In this document: positions 18,461 to 28,440 of the stretch, piece after piece | Layout of the letters: every line of letters starts with the position of its first letter | Numbering within the stretch: the stretch's first letter is position 1 | Assembly: GCA_038320055.1 (NCBI GenBank) | Contig: JBBQDU010000002.1 | Coordinates: forward strand, 1 to 44,717 | Source of the DNA: Gemmatimonadales bacterium | GTDB lineage: Bacteria; Gemmatimonadota; Gemmatimonadetes; Gemmatimonadales; GWC2-71-9 | Direction: 5' to 3' | DNA: 44,717 bases | The notes under the pieces: generated by a model | Database searches by the model: none | What the model was told of the DNA's origin: nothing | Seen by the model: the letters and a program-made list of their open reading frames with translations, nothing else | Position numbers and translations under genes: made by a program

Positions 18461-21400
18461 ATGTTTCGACGCACCGCACCGGTCCTGCTCGCCCTGTTCC
18501 TGAGCGCCCCCGGACTTCTGTCCGCGCAGTATTTCGGCCGCAACAAGGTTCAGTACACGGACTTCGATTTCAAGGTCATCCAGACCGAGCACTTCGACGT
18601 CTACTACTACGACCGCGAGCGGACGGCCGCGCTCGACGCCGCTCGGATGGCCGAGCGCGACTACGCGCGGCTCTCGAAGGTCCTGACCCACGACTTCCGC
18701 GAGCGGAAGCCGATCATCCTGTACGCGTCCCATTCCGACTTCCTCCAGACCAACGCGACCGACGTGGGCGGCGAGGGCACCGGCGGCGTCACGGACTTCG
18801 CCCGCAACCGGGCCGTGATGCCCTTCACCGGCGCGTACGCGGATTTCGAGCACGTGCTGACGCACGAGATGGCGCACCAGTTCCAGTACGACATCTGGTC
18901 GCGCGGGCGGGCGGGCGCGGGGCTCAACACGCTGATCGCCATCGCGCCGCCCCTGTGGTTCGCGGAGGGAATGGCCGAGTATCTCTCGCTGGGCCCCATC
19001 AACGCCGAAACGGCGATGTGGCTGCGGGACGCGTCCCTCGAAGGGAAGCTGCCCAGCATCGCCCAGATGACGGCGGACCCATACGAGTACTTCCCCTACC
19101 GGTTCGGCCACGCGCTCTGGTCCTACATCGGCGAACGGTGGGGTGACGAAGCGGTGGGTGCCATCCTGAAGGCGACGCTGTCGGGCGGCATCGAGCCGGC
19201 GTTCCGCCGTACGATCGGCCTGAGCCTCGCCCAGCTCTCCGACCAATGGCGGGATGCGGTCCAGAAACGCTACCTGCCCGAGATCGGAGCGCGCGCCAAG
19301 GCGCGCGCCGTGGCCAACGAGCTCCTCACCGAGAAGCGCTCGGACGGCACGCTGCACCTGGCCCCGGCGCTCTCACCCGACGGGTCGCAGGTGGCCTACT
19401 TCAGCGAGAAGGACTTCTACTTCGTCGACCTCTACCTTGCCAATGGCGAGACGGGCGAGGTCAAGCGGCGGATTCTCAAGTCGGGCGTGAGCAGCAACTA
19501 CGAGACCTACCGCTTCATCAACTCGCAGGCCAACTGGTCGCCGGACGGCAAGTTCCTCGCGTTCGCCGCCAAACGAGGGCCCCGGGACGACATCGTCGTC
19601 GTGGACGTGGCCCGCAACAAGCAGGTCGAGCGCATCCAGCTCAAGCTGAGTGGCGTCACCACGCCGTCGTGGAGTCCGGACGGAAAACGACTGGTGTTCA
19701 CCGGCTACGACGGCGGGCTCAGCGACCTCTTCACGGTCAATCGCGACGGCTCCGACCTCAAGCGGCTCACCTCGGACAAGTACGGCGATCTGCATCCGGT
19801 CTGGTCGCCGGACGGCAAGACCATCGCCTTCGCCACCGACCGCGGTCCGACCACGAATTTCAAGACGCTCGCATTCAGCAACTTCCGGATCGCCCTCTAC
19901 GATCTGGCCGGCGGCAGCGTGAGGGTGCTGGACCACATGGAGCAGGGAAAGAACGTGAGTCCGCAATGGGCGCCGGACGGACGGTCGATCGCGTTCGTGT
20001 CCGACCGGAGCGGGGTGAGCGACATCTTCCTGTACGACCTCGACGACGCCCAGGTGTACCAGCTGACGGATTTCTACACGGGCGCCCAGGGCATCACGCC
20101 GCTCTCGCCGGTGCTCTCGTGGGCGCACGAAGCCGACCGGCTGGCGTTCGTGTACTACGAGAATCAGAAGTACGATGTCTACACCATCGCCAACCCGAGA
20201 AGCCTGAAGCGCGCGCCCTACGAGCAGCCGGCCGTCGACAGCGTCGGGATCCTCGCGCGGGTCGCCACGCCCACGCTGGACACCACCCGCTCGCTGCAGG
20301 TCCGCGAGGAAGTGCGGTCGCAGGTGGGCGAGGGCGGGTCGATCTACCGCACGCAGCAGGGCTTCCGGTCCTCGAGCGATCTGGGCCGCGGCGGGGACAG
20401 CACGCTGCTCGCGCAGCCGGTGTCCATCAGCGCGCTGCTCGATTCGGCCAACTACAGCCTCCCCGACACGAGCGAGTTTACGCTGAAGGACTACCGCGTG
20501 CACTTCTCGCCGGACTACATCGCCCGGCCGTCGATCGGCTACGCGCGCGACAACTTCGGGCGCGGCTTCTTCGGCGGCTCCGCCATCTCGCTGAGCGACA
20601 TCCTCGGCAATCACCAGCTCGTCTTCGCCGGGTACATCAACGGGCGGATCAGCGAGGCCCAGGTGCTGGCCGCCTACGCCAACATGAGCAAGCGGGTCAA
20701 CTGGGCGGTCGGCCTCAGCCAGGACCCGTATTACTTCCTCGAGCCCAGCCAGATCAATTTCGATCCGCAGACGGGCGACAACGTCTTCATCACGAACATC
20801 CGGCGGCTGGTCGTGCGTTCGGTGTTCGGCCAGGCGTATTACCCGCTCAGCCGGTTCCAGCGGATCGAGGCGTCCATGCGATTCGCCAACGTGGACGACG
20901 CGCTGCTCCAGATCAACGAACCGTTCGACCCGAATACCGGTTTCGCCACGGCGGACCCGTTCCTCGAGACGAGGGACCGGCCCGGGGTGAACTACCTGCA
21001 GCCCTCCACGGCGCTGGTGTTCGACAACTCGCTCTTCGGCTACGTGGGACCTTTCTACGGGCGGCGCTACCGCCTCGAGTACGCCCAGACCCTCGGCGAC
21101 TGGCACTTCTCGCAGGTGACCGGCGACTACCGGCGCTACGACAAGATCGTCGGCCCGCTCGTGCTGGCCACGCGGGTGCTCTACTTCGGGCGCATCGGCC
21201 GGGACGCCCGCCAGTTCCGCATCTTCGCGGGCAGCACCGACCTCATTCGCGGCAACACGTCGGGCTCGTACCGGCGGAACGAGTGCCTCAATGCGAACGA
21301 CGCCAACACCGAGACTGGCTGCGCCGCGCTCGACCGCCTGGTCGGCACCCAGGTCGGCGTGGGCAGCGTCGAGCTCCGGTTTCCGATTCTCAACCCATCG

Positions 21401-21664
21401 TTCGGCCTGCCGGCGGCCTTCCCGCCGATCGAGGGGGCGCTGTTCTACGACATCGGCCTGGCCTGGGACGACCAGAGCACGCTCAAGTGGAACCGCGACA
21501 GCGGCGACGACCCCATTCGCGTTCGCACTCCGCTCAAGACCCTGGGCATCTCGGTCCGGACGAACCTCTTCGGCTTCGCCATCGCCCGGCTCGACTACTC
21601 CATCCCGCAGGACCGCAAGGCGGTGAAAGGGCTGTGGACGTTCAGTCTGGGCCCGACGTTCTAG
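18461..21664 (+). CDS. outer-membrane protein: N-terminal gluzincin-like (HExxH) domain + PD40/TolB-type beta-propeller + C-terminal Omp85/BamA-type beta-barrel
   Basis: 1067 aa with signal peptide MFRRTAPVLLALFLSAPGLLSAQ. HEMAH lies at 18863-18877, followed by FAEGMAEY. There are five or more (W)SPDG+hydrophobic PD40 repeats. The C-terminal ~380 aa show alternating beta-strand character (GSVELRFPI, EGALFYDIGLAWD) and end in the OMP beta-signal LWTFSLGPTF. Confidence 0.85.
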   Translation: MFRRTAPVLLALFLSAPGLLSAQYFGRNKVQYTDFDFKVIQTEHFDVYYYDRERTAALDAARMAERDYARLSKVLTHDFRERKPIILYASHSDFLQTNATDVGGEGTGGVTDFARNRAVMPFTGAYADFEHVLTHEMAHQFQYDIWSRGRAGAGLNTLIAIAPPLWFAEGMAEYLSLGPINAETAMWLRDASLEGKLPSIAQMTADPYEYFPYRFGHALWSYIGERWGDEAVGAILKATLSGGIEPAFRRTIGLSLAQLSDQWRDAVQKRYLPEIGARAKARAVANELLTEKRSDGTLHLAPALSPDGSQVAYFSEKDFYFVDLYLANGETGEVKRRILKSGVSSNYETYRFINSQANWSPDGKFLAFAAKRGPRDDIVVVDVARNKQVERIQLKLSGVTTPSWSPDGKRLVFTGYDGGLSDLFTVNRDGSDLKRLTSDKYGDLHPVWSPDGKTIAFATDRGPTTNFKTLAFSNFRIALYDLAGGSVRVLDHMEQGKNVSPQWAPDGRSIAFVSDRSGVSDIFLYDLDDAQVYQLTDFYTGAQGITPLSPVLSWAHEADRLAFVYYENQKYDVYTIANPRSLKRAPYEQPAVDSVGILARVATPTLDTTRSLQVREEVRSQVGEGGSIYRTQQGFRSSSDLGRGGDSTLLAQPVSISALLDSANYSLPDTSEFTLKDYRVHFSPDYIARPSIGYARDNFGRGFFGGSAISLSDILGNHQLVFAGYINGRISEAQVLAAYANMSKRVNWAVGLSQDPYYFLEPSQINFDPQTGDNVFITNIRRLVVRSVFGQAYYPLSRFQRIEASMRFANVDDALLQINEPFDPNTGFATADPFLETRDRPGVNYLQPSTALVFDNSLFGYVGPFYGRRYRLEYAQTLGDWHFSQVTGDYRRYDKIVGPLVLATRVLYFGRIGRDARQFRIFAGSTDLIRGNTSGSYRRNECLNANDANTETGCAALDRLVGTQVGVGSVELRFPILNPSFGLPAAFPPIEGALFYDIGLAWDDQSTLKWNRDSGDDPIRVRTPLKTLGISVRTNLFGFAIARLDYSIPQDRKAVKGLWTFSLGPTF

Positions 21665-21734
21665 GGGGACGGAGTGCGGGCCGGCTCCGTCCTTCCTCTC
21701 GACCCTGTCAGGCCTCCCCGATTATCTTGTTGCC

Positions 21735-23129
21735 GTGACTCGTCCTCGAACGATCCTCGCCGCCGGTGTCCTCCTCCTCGCCACGGGGTGCGGCGGCGAG
21801 CCGTCGGAGCGCCTGTCGCTCGACCACCTGCCCCCCTCCACCCGCGCCCCCGCGCCTTCCTCCGTGCTCCGCATCGCCAGCAAGGGCGGGGTGGCGCGGC
21901 TCTACCGCGTGCCCTCGCTCGAGCCGTCGGAGTGGAAGGCGGAGGACAAGCTGCCGGCGGTCGACCGCGTCATCGGCGCCGACCCCGAACAGGGACTGGT
22001 CTTTACGCTGGACGGGAAGCGCAATCTGGTCACGCTCGATCTCGAGACCCGACGCGTGCGCACCTACCTCGAACAGGTCCGCTCCGCGGCGCTGGGGCCC
22101 GACGGCGCGCTCTACGCCATCGATACGGGCCGCACCGTGACCCAGATGGTGCGCCGCACGCCCATCCGGTTCAGGTCCAAGCTCCAGGGCAGTCCGAAGC
22201 AGGTCTTCGCCACCATGACCGGGGCGCTCCTGGCCCGAGTGGGCGATCAGGCCTCGGTGCTCGAAGTGCTCGGTTCCGATCAGCCGCCGGTGTCGACCAC
22301 CCTGCCCTCCGACCTGATGGCGCCCAGCTTCTATGGCGACTTGGTCGCCGTCGCGACGGACACGGCGGTCGTGCTGTACCAGACCCAGGGCAAGAATGCC
22401 CCGAAGTCCATCCCCCTCTCCGGCAAGCCGAAGGCCGTGATGTTCTCCCCGTCCGGCCATCGGCTCTACGTGGCCCAGGAGAACCCGGAGTTGCTGGTGC
22501 TCGATCGCTTCAGCGGCGAGCGCCTCGCTTCCATCAAACTCCCCGGACCCGCCAAGGGGCTGCGCGGCGACCGCTTCGGCCAGTGGGTCCTCGTCCAGCC
22601 AACCTCCGGCGACGCGGCCTGGGTGGTCGACGTCGGCCGCGGCCGCCTGCGGGGCACGGTGCCGACAGCCTGGACGTCGGATCTCCCGGCGGTGGCCTCG
22701 CCCAATGCGCTGCTCGTCCGCCGGGGCGCGGACCTCGTGGCACTCGATCTGGCGACGGAGGGCCTGCCGGAAACGGGGCGAGTGGCGGGCGGTGCCGCGG
22801 ACGAATGGCTGCCCATCGCCTGGCGTCCGGCACACGATGCCGAGGGTGAGACCGCGGCCGACACCAGCGCCCTCGCGGATGCCGACAGCGGCAAGCGTGG
22901 AACCTCCGTCTACCTGCAGGTGAGCAGCTCGCAGAACCCCACGTGGGCCAACGAGCTGGCGGATAAGCTGCGAGGCGCGGGCCTGCCCGCGTCGGTGCTG
23001 GCCCCGAAGCGAAGCGACGAGGCGCACCGCGTGGTGCTCGGCCCGTACGCCACGCGCGAGCAGGCGGAGGAAACGGGGCGGAAGATCGGCATGCCGTCGT
23101 TCATCGTCTCCGGGCAGGACGCGCGCTAG
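21735..23129 (+). CDS. SPOR-domain lipoprotein with N-terminal beta-propeller-like region
   Basis: 464 aa with lipobox LLATGC. The C-terminal ~75 aa (VYLQVSSSQNPTWANELADKLRGAGLPASVL...HRVVLGPYATREQAEETGRKIG) fit the SPOR peptidoglycan-binding fold. Confidence 0.8.
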   Translation: MTRPRTILAAGVLLLATGCGGEPSERLSLDHLPPSTRAPAPSSVLRIASKGGVARLYRVPSLEPSEWKAEDKLPAVDRVIGADPEQGLVFTLDGKRNLVTLDLETRRVRTYLEQVRSAALGPDGALYAIDTGRTVTQMVRRTPIRFRSKLQGSPKQVFATMTGALLARVGDQASVLEVLGSDQPPVSTTLPSDLMAPSFYGDLVAVATDTAVVLYQTQGKNAPKSIPLSGKPKAVMFSPSGHRLYVAQENPELLVLDRFSGERLASIKLPGPAKGLRGDRFGQWVLVQPTSGDAAWVVDVGRGRLRGTVPTAWTSDLPAVASPNALLVRRGADLVALDLATEGLPETGRVAGGAADEWLPIAWRPAHDAEGETAADTSALADADSGKRGTSVYLQVSSSQNPTWANELADKLRGAGLPASVLAPKRSDEAHRVVLGPYATREQAEETGRKIGMPSFIVSGQDAR

Positions 23130-23185
23130 CGCAGCCCCCCGCGCGCCCAACGGCGCACCATACCCCCAATCGGCAGGATGCCCGC

Positions 23186-26100
23186 ATGAAGCTCACCCGG
23201 CTGGAGCTGTCCGGCTTCAAGTCGTTCGCGGATACGATCACCCTGAGCTTCGAGCAGGGGGTGACTGCCATCGTCGGACCGAACGGCTGCGGCAAGTCGA
23301 ACGTTTCGGACGCGGTGCGGTGGGTCCTGGGCGAGCAGTCGGCCCGCCTGTTGCGCGGGGGCAAGATGGAAGACGTCATCTTCCAGGGCTCCACGGCGCG
23401 CCGTCCGGTCAACGTCACCGAGGTCTCGCTCTACCTCGACAACAGCGACGGCGATCTCCCGATTGCGTACCGCGAGGTCGTGGTGACCCGCCGGTTGTCC
23501 CGGTCCGGCCAGAGCGACTACCTCCTCAACGGCTCCCCCGTTCGCCTGCGCGACATCCAGGACCTCCTCCGCGGGACCGGCCTCGGCAGCGACGCCGGCG
23601 TGGTGATCGAAGCCAAGATGATCGACCTCCTGCTCAGCGACCGCGCTGACGAGCGGCGGTCGCTGTTCGAGGAAGCCGCGGGGATCGGCCTCTACCGCGA
23701 CCGCAAGCACAGCACCGAGCGCCGCCTCGAGGAAACCGCGACCGATCTCCAACGCGTCGAGGACCTGATCGCCGAGGTGCAGTCGCAGATCCGGAGCCTG
23801 GCGCGCCAGCGCGGAAAGGCGGAGCGCCACGTCAAGCTCACCGAGGAGAAGTTCGCCGTGCAGGTGACGTTGGCGCGGCGGCGGCTGGCCCGGCTGAGCG
23901 ATGAGGCGGCCGGCATGGAGTCGCGCTTCACCGAGCTGGCCGACCTGCTCCCCGCCGCCCGGACGCGGCTCCAGCAGGGCGATCAGGCCCGCGAGGCCGC
24001 TGCTCGGGGCCGAGCCGCCGCTGAGGCGCGCCGGACGGAGATCGCGCGGCGGCTGGGCGCGGGGCGCGTCGAGCTCGGTCGGCTGGACGGCGACCTCGCG
24101 CTCGCCGCCGAGCGGCTGGCCAACGCCACCGCCCGACGGCTCAGGGCGCAGGAGGAGCGGAGTCAGTTGGACCTCCGGGCGCACCAGGCCCTGGGGGAGC
24201 AGGAGGCCGCCACCGCTGATCGAGATGCCGCCCGCCTCGAGCACGACACGATTCGCGGCGAACTCGATGGCCGCGCCGAAGCCGAGGAGACGGTGCGCCG
24301 CCGGCTCAGCGAGCAGCGGGCCCAGGTGCGCGAGTGGGAGCACGCGCTCCAGACCCACGCCGAGACGCTGCGCTCGCTCGAGGGCGAACGCACGGCCCTC
24401 GAAGGTGAGCTGGCCTCGCTCCGCGAGCACGCGGCCGCCACGGCGGCCCACTCCGCGGGTCTGCAGGACGAGCTTGCGAGTGCCGAGCGCCGGCGGGACC
24501 ACGCCGTCGAGCGCGCCGGGTTCCTGAGCCAGGAGGCCACCCGCGCCGCCGCCGAGGCCGAGCGCGGCCGTCACCGGATGGCCGAGGCGCGCGAACAGGA
24601 AGCGATCCACCGCTCCGACCGGCGCCGCGCCGAGGAAGCGCTGGCCCAGATCACGGCCCGGCGCCAGGCCCTCGAAGAGCTCGAGCGCGACCGCGTCGGC
24701 CTCGCACCCGCCGCGGCCGCACTGCTCGCGGCCCGGGATCGGTTCAACGGTGGCGTCCTCGGGCCGCTCAGCGATTTCGTCAGCACCGGCCGCGACGACG
24801 CGGAGCTCGCGGAGCGATTGCTGGGCGATTGGATGCACGCGGTGCTGGTGCGCGATGGCGAGGCCGTCCGCGACATCCAGACGTGGCATGCCGAGCAGCA
24901 GCCCGGCGCGCTCGTGCTGTTGCCGCTCGATTCGGGACCGCACCACGCCGCGGACGCGCAGCCGCTCGAAGAGCGCCTGCGCGCCGATGGGCCGGCGGCC
25001 GGCTGGGTGCGCGCCGCACTGGCCGGATCGGAAGTCCTGGACGACGCCGGTCGAATTCTGCGCCGCGCGAGCGGCGCGATCTTCCTCTCCGGCGCCGCTG
25101 CGCCGTCCGGCCCGCTCCGCCGCCGGGCGGAGCTGGCCTCACTTCAGCAGGACGCGGAGCGCGGCGCGACCACATTGACGGCAGCGGAGGGCACGCTCCA
25201 GGACACCATGGGCCGATTGGCCGAGCGCGAGCAGACGCGAGCTTCGTCCACCGCCCTGGCCGAGGCGGCCCGGGAGGCCGAGCGACAGGGCGCCGCGGCG
25301 CGGGAGGATGCCGCTCGCATCGTCGGTAACCTCACCCGTGAGATGGCGGACTCACAGGCGCAGCTGACCCGCGTGACCGAGCGGCTCGCCCGGTCGGAGC
25401 AGCGTCTCGCCGAGATCGACGCCGCGCTGGTGGAGGCGGATCTCGGCCGGAGCCGGCTGGATGACACGCTTGGCAGCGGCCGCGGCCTGCTGGGTGAGCT
25501 GGAAGCCGAACAGGAGGCAGCCCGCGAGCAGCGGGTGCACTGGCAGGTGCAGGAGGCCCATGTCGCCGGCGGGCTCCGGTCCGCCGAGGAGCGGCTGCAG
25601 CGGGCCGGGGCGACGCGGGCGGAGGCGGAGCGGGTCATGCTTGCCCTCGGCGAGGAGCTGCTCCGGCTCGAGGCGGACTCCGCAGCGCTGGCCACGCAGC
25701 AGACCGAGTGGAAGGAGACCCGGGCAGAGCGCCTGGCCGAGCTGCACGAGCTCGAGGCCGCCGGCGGGGAGGCGGATGTCGCGCTCGCCGCCGCCGAGCG
25801 CTCCCTGGCCGACGCGGAGCGGGAGGTGGCGACGGCCCGCGGAGGCCTGGACACCGCGGGCGAAGAGAGCCACGCACTCCAGGTCCGGCTCACCGAGACC
25901 GCGGGCCTCCGGCGAAGCATCCTCGAGCGGGTCGAGTCGGAGTGGCGGCGTCCGCTGGACCAGTTGATCCAGGAAGCCCCGCTCCTCGATCTCGACCTCG
26001 AGTCGCTCGAAGCCGAGGCCGCTCGCATCGTGGGTGCACTGGAAGGCATCGGACCCGTGAACGCGCTGGCGGTCGAGGAACACGCCGACGAGGTGAAGCG

Positions 26101-26659
26101 CCTGGAGTTCCTCACCACGCAGCGTGACGATCTCGTCGGGGCACGGCAATCCCTCATCCAGGCCATCCGGGAGATCGACGGCACGGCACGCGCGCTGTTC
26201 CTCGAGACGTTCACCGCCGTGCAGGCGAATTTCGCCGGCGTCTTCCAGACGCTGTTCGGCGGCGGCGAATGCGAGCTCCGGCTCGCCAATCCCGACGATC
26301 CGCTCGAGAGCGAGATCGACATCCACGCCGCCCCCCGCGGCAAGCGGACCCAGCGCATCCATCTCCTCTCCTCGGGCGAGCGGACGCTGGTGGCGGTGAG
26401 CCTGCTCTTCAGCATCTACCTCACCAAGCCAAGCCCCTTCTGCCTGATGGACGAGGTGGACGCGCCCCTGGACGACGCCAATGTCGGCCGCTTCACCCGG
26501 CTCCTCGACGAGTTCAAGACCGACACACAGTTCCTGGTCATTACACACAATCCGCGGACGATGCAGTCGGCCGACGCGGTCTACGGCGTCACCATGCAGG
26601 AGCCCGGCGTATCGACCATCGTCGGCGTGCGGCTGGGTGAGGTGGAACACGTCGCCTAG
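23186..26659 (+). CDS. smc: chromosome segregation protein SMC
   Basis: 1157 aa. It has the Walker A segment FKSFADTITLSFEQGVTAIVGPNGCGKSN, long Ala/Glu/Arg-rich coiled coils, a hinge, the signature LSSGERTLVAVSLLFS and Walker B FCLMDEVDAPLD. Confidence 0.97.
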   Translation: MKLTRLELSGFKSFADTITLSFEQGVTAIVGPNGCGKSNVSDAVRWVLGEQSARLLRGGKMEDVIFQGSTARRPVNVTEVSLYLDNSDGDLPIAYREVVVTRRLSRSGQSDYLLNGSPVRLRDIQDLLRGTGLGSDAGVVIEAKMIDLLLSDRADERRSLFEEAAGIGLYRDRKHSTERRLEETATDLQRVEDLIAEVQSQIRSLARQRGKAERHVKLTEEKFAVQVTLARRRLARLSDEAAGMESRFTELADLLPAARTRLQQGDQAREAAARGRAAAEARRTEIARRLGAGRVELGRLDGDLALAAERLANATARRLRAQEERSQLDLRAHQALGEQEAATADRDAARLEHDTIRGELDGRAEAEETVRRRLSEQRAQVREWEHALQTHAETLRSLEGERTALEGELASLREHAAATAAHSAGLQDELASAERRRDHAVERAGFLSQEATRAAAEAERGRHRMAEAREQEAIHRSDRRRAEEALAQITARRQALEELERDRVGLAPAAAALLAARDRFNGGVLGPLSDFVSTGRDDAELAERLLGDWMHAVLVRDGEAVRDIQTWHAEQQPGALVLLPLDSGPHHAADAQPLEERLRADGPAAGWVRAALAGSEVLDDAGRILRRASGAIFLSGAAAPSGPLRRRAELASLQQDAERGATTLTAAEGTLQDTMGRLAEREQTRASSTALAEAAREAERQGAAAREDAARIVGNLTREMADSQAQLTRVTERLARSEQRLAEIDAALVEADLGRSRLDDTLGSGRGLLGELEAEQEAAREQRVHWQVQEAHVAGGLRSAEERLQRAGATRAEAERVMLALGEELLRLEADSAALATQQTEWKETRAERLAELHELEAAGGEADVALAAAERSLADAEREVATARGGLDTAGEESHALQVRLTETAGLRRSILERVESEWRRPLDQLIQEAPLLDLDLESLEAEAARIVGALEGIGPVNALAVEEHADEVKRLEFLTTQRDDLVGARQSLIQAIREIDGTARALFLETFTAVQANFAGVFQTLFGGGECELRLANPDDPLESEIDIHAAPRGKRTQRIHLLSSGERTLVAVSLLFSIYLTKPSPFCLMDEVDAPLDDANVGRFTRLLDEFKTDTQFLVITHNPRTMQSADAVYGVTMQEPGVSTIVGVRLGEVEHVA

Positions 26660-26749
26660 GGAAGCGATGGGCATGGTGCGGGAGTTGCTGTGGGGTGACG
26701 CGGTGCCGGCGACCAGGCCGAGCCCCGAACACGCGGAGCGAGGATCCGG

Positions 26750-27790
26750 ATGCTGATCGTGATGCGGCATGGCGCGACCGAGGCGGACGTCGAGGCCGTG
26801 GTGGCCACCATCGAGGAGATGGGCTACCAGGCCCGCCCCATGCCCGGCCGACAGCGCACCAGCGTCGGGCTCGTCGGCAACGACGGCCGCGTGGACGGCT
26901 CCCGCCTGGCCGCGCTCGCCGGGGTCCAGGAGATCCTGCACGTCACGAAGCCATACAAGCAGGTCTCCCGCGAATGGCAGGCGGAGTCTACGGTCGTGCA
27001 CCTGCCCGGCGGGCACACCGTCGGGGGCGACGAGGTGGTCGTCATGGCGGGGCCCTGCTCCGTCGAGAGCGAGCGCCAGATCCTGGAGGCCGCCCGGGCC
27101 GTGCGCGACGCCGGCGCCACCGTGCTCCGGGCCGGGGCCTTCAAGCCGCGGAGCTCGCCCTATGCCTTTCAGGGGCTCGGTCGCGCGGGGCTTCAACTGC
27201 TCGCGCGGGCGCGGGAGGAGACCGGCCTCCTCATCGTCACCGAAGCCATGGACGCCGAGGGCCTGGACCACGTCGTCGAGGTGGCCGACATCGTCCAGCT
27301 AGGCGCGCGCAACATGCAGAACTACTCGCTCCTCAAGCACGCCGGCCGGTGCGGCAAGCCGATCCTGCTCAAGCGCGGTCTCTCCGCCACCATCCAGGAG
27401 CTGCTGCTCTCGGCGGAGTACATCCTCGCGGAGGGCAACCGACAGGTCATCCTGTGCGAGCGAGGGATCCGGAGCTTCGACCAGGCGACGCGCAACCTGT
27501 TCGATCTGAGCGCGGTCGCGGTCGTGCACGGGCTCTCCCACCTCCCCATCGTCGCGGATCCGAGCCACGGCACCGGGCACCGCGACATGGTGACGCCGAT
27601 GGCGCGTGCCGCCGTGGCGGCCGGCGCGGACGGCTTGCTGGTGGAGGTCCATCCCCATCCCGAACGCGCGCTGTCGGACGGCGCGCAGAGTCTCTACCCC
27701 GATCAGTTCGAGCGCATGATGAAGGAAGTACGCCTCATCGCGGAGGCGATCGGCCGTCGCGTGGCGGAGCCGGCGGGAGCCCGCGCGTGA
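26750..27790 (+). CDS. aroF: 3-deoxy-7-phosphoheptulonate (DAHP) synthase, type I-beta with N-terminal ferredoxin-like regulatory domain
   Basis: An N-terminal ~65-aa ACT/FL-like domain ([26 protein letters not shown]) precedes the KDO8P/DAHP-synthase core ([31 protein letters not shown]). Confidence 0.9.
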   Translation: MLIVMRHGATEADVEAVVATIEEMGYQARPMPGRQRTSVGLVGNDGRVDGSRLAALAGVQEILHVTKPYKQVSREWQAESTVVHLPGGHTVGGDEVVVMAGPCSVESERQILEAARAVRDAGATVLRAGAFKPRSSPYAFQGLGRAGLQLLARAREETGLLIVTEAMDAEGLDHVVEVADIVQLGARNMQNYSLLKHAGRCGKPILLKRGLSATIQELLLSAEYILAEGNRQVILCERGIRSFDQATRNLFDLSAVAVVHGLSHLPIVADPSHGTGHRDMVTPMARAAVAAGADGLLVEVHPHPERALSDGAQSLYPDQFERMMKEVRLIAEAIGRRVAEPAGARA

Positions 27791-28440
27791 CCGGCCGTCT
27801 GCTGCTGCTCCTGGCGCTGGTCGCGACGCCCATCGCCGCGGCCAACGCCCAGGATGCCACCGCGATCGTCGGGCGGTCGTCGCAGGTCTATCGGTCGCTC
27901 TCGAGCCTGAAAGCGGATTTCGTGCAGGTCATCGACAACCCGATGATCGACAGCGCGGAGAGTCGCGGCACGCTGGTCCAGACCGGCGCCGACCGCTTCG
28001 CCATGCGATTCTCCGATCCGCCCGGCGAAGCCATCGTCATCGACGGTCGTTCGGTGTGGATCTACACCCCCAGCACCACCCCCGGACAGGTCATTCGGAC
28101 GGCGGTGCCGAGCGGCGGACCGGTGTATGGCTTTAACCTGCTGGGGTGGTTGCTCGACCGGCCGGTGGAGCGCTACACCATGAGCTACGTGCGCAAGGAC
28201 GCACTCGGCGACCGGGCGGTGGATGTCGTTCAGCTCGTGCCGGCGGTGCCCGATCTGCCGTTCGAGCGCGCGGTGCTGTGGCTCGACCGCGGGGACGGCC
28301 TGCCGCGGCGGCTCGACATCACCGAGCACTCGGGTGCCAGCCGGACGTTGACTCTGTCGAAAGTTCGCGTCAACCAGCCCGTGTCCGACCGCACCTTCAC
28401 GTTCGACGTCCCATCCGGCGTGCGGGTCGTCGATCAGTGA
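27787..28440 (+). CDS. LolA-like periplasmic lipoprotein carrier family protein
   Basis: 217 aa from a GTG overlapping the aroF stop. It has signal peptide [18 protein letters not shown], a F.Q... pattern ([12 protein letters not shown]) and the size typical of LolA/LolB-fold proteins. Confidence 0.65.
   Translation: MTGRLLLLLALVATPIAAANAQDATAIVGRSSQVYRSLSSLKADFVQVIDNPMIDSAESRGTLVQTGADRFAMRFSDPPGEAIVIDGRSVWIYTPSTTPGQVIRTAVPSGGPVYGFNLLGWLLDRPVERYTMSYVRKDALGDRAVDVVQLVPAVPDLPFERAVLWLDRGDGLPRRLDITEHSGASRTLTLSKVRVNQPVSDRTFTFDVPSGVRVVDQ

Noticed and set aside
19246-21738. 830-aa alternative-frame ORF and 577-aa antisense ORF (19373..21106) within the Omp85-like gene
   Set aside because: Only the 18461..21664 frame gives a signal peptide, HExxH, PD40 repeats and a terminal beta-signal. 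The others are Arg/Pro/Gly-rich.
23126-27271. Long minus-strand ORFs (23126..24946, 25144..26415, 25352..27271) antisense to smc and aroF
   Set aside because: They are antisense to a canonical 1157-aa SMC. The repetitive Ala/Arg/Glu codons of the coiled coil naturally give open antisense frames.
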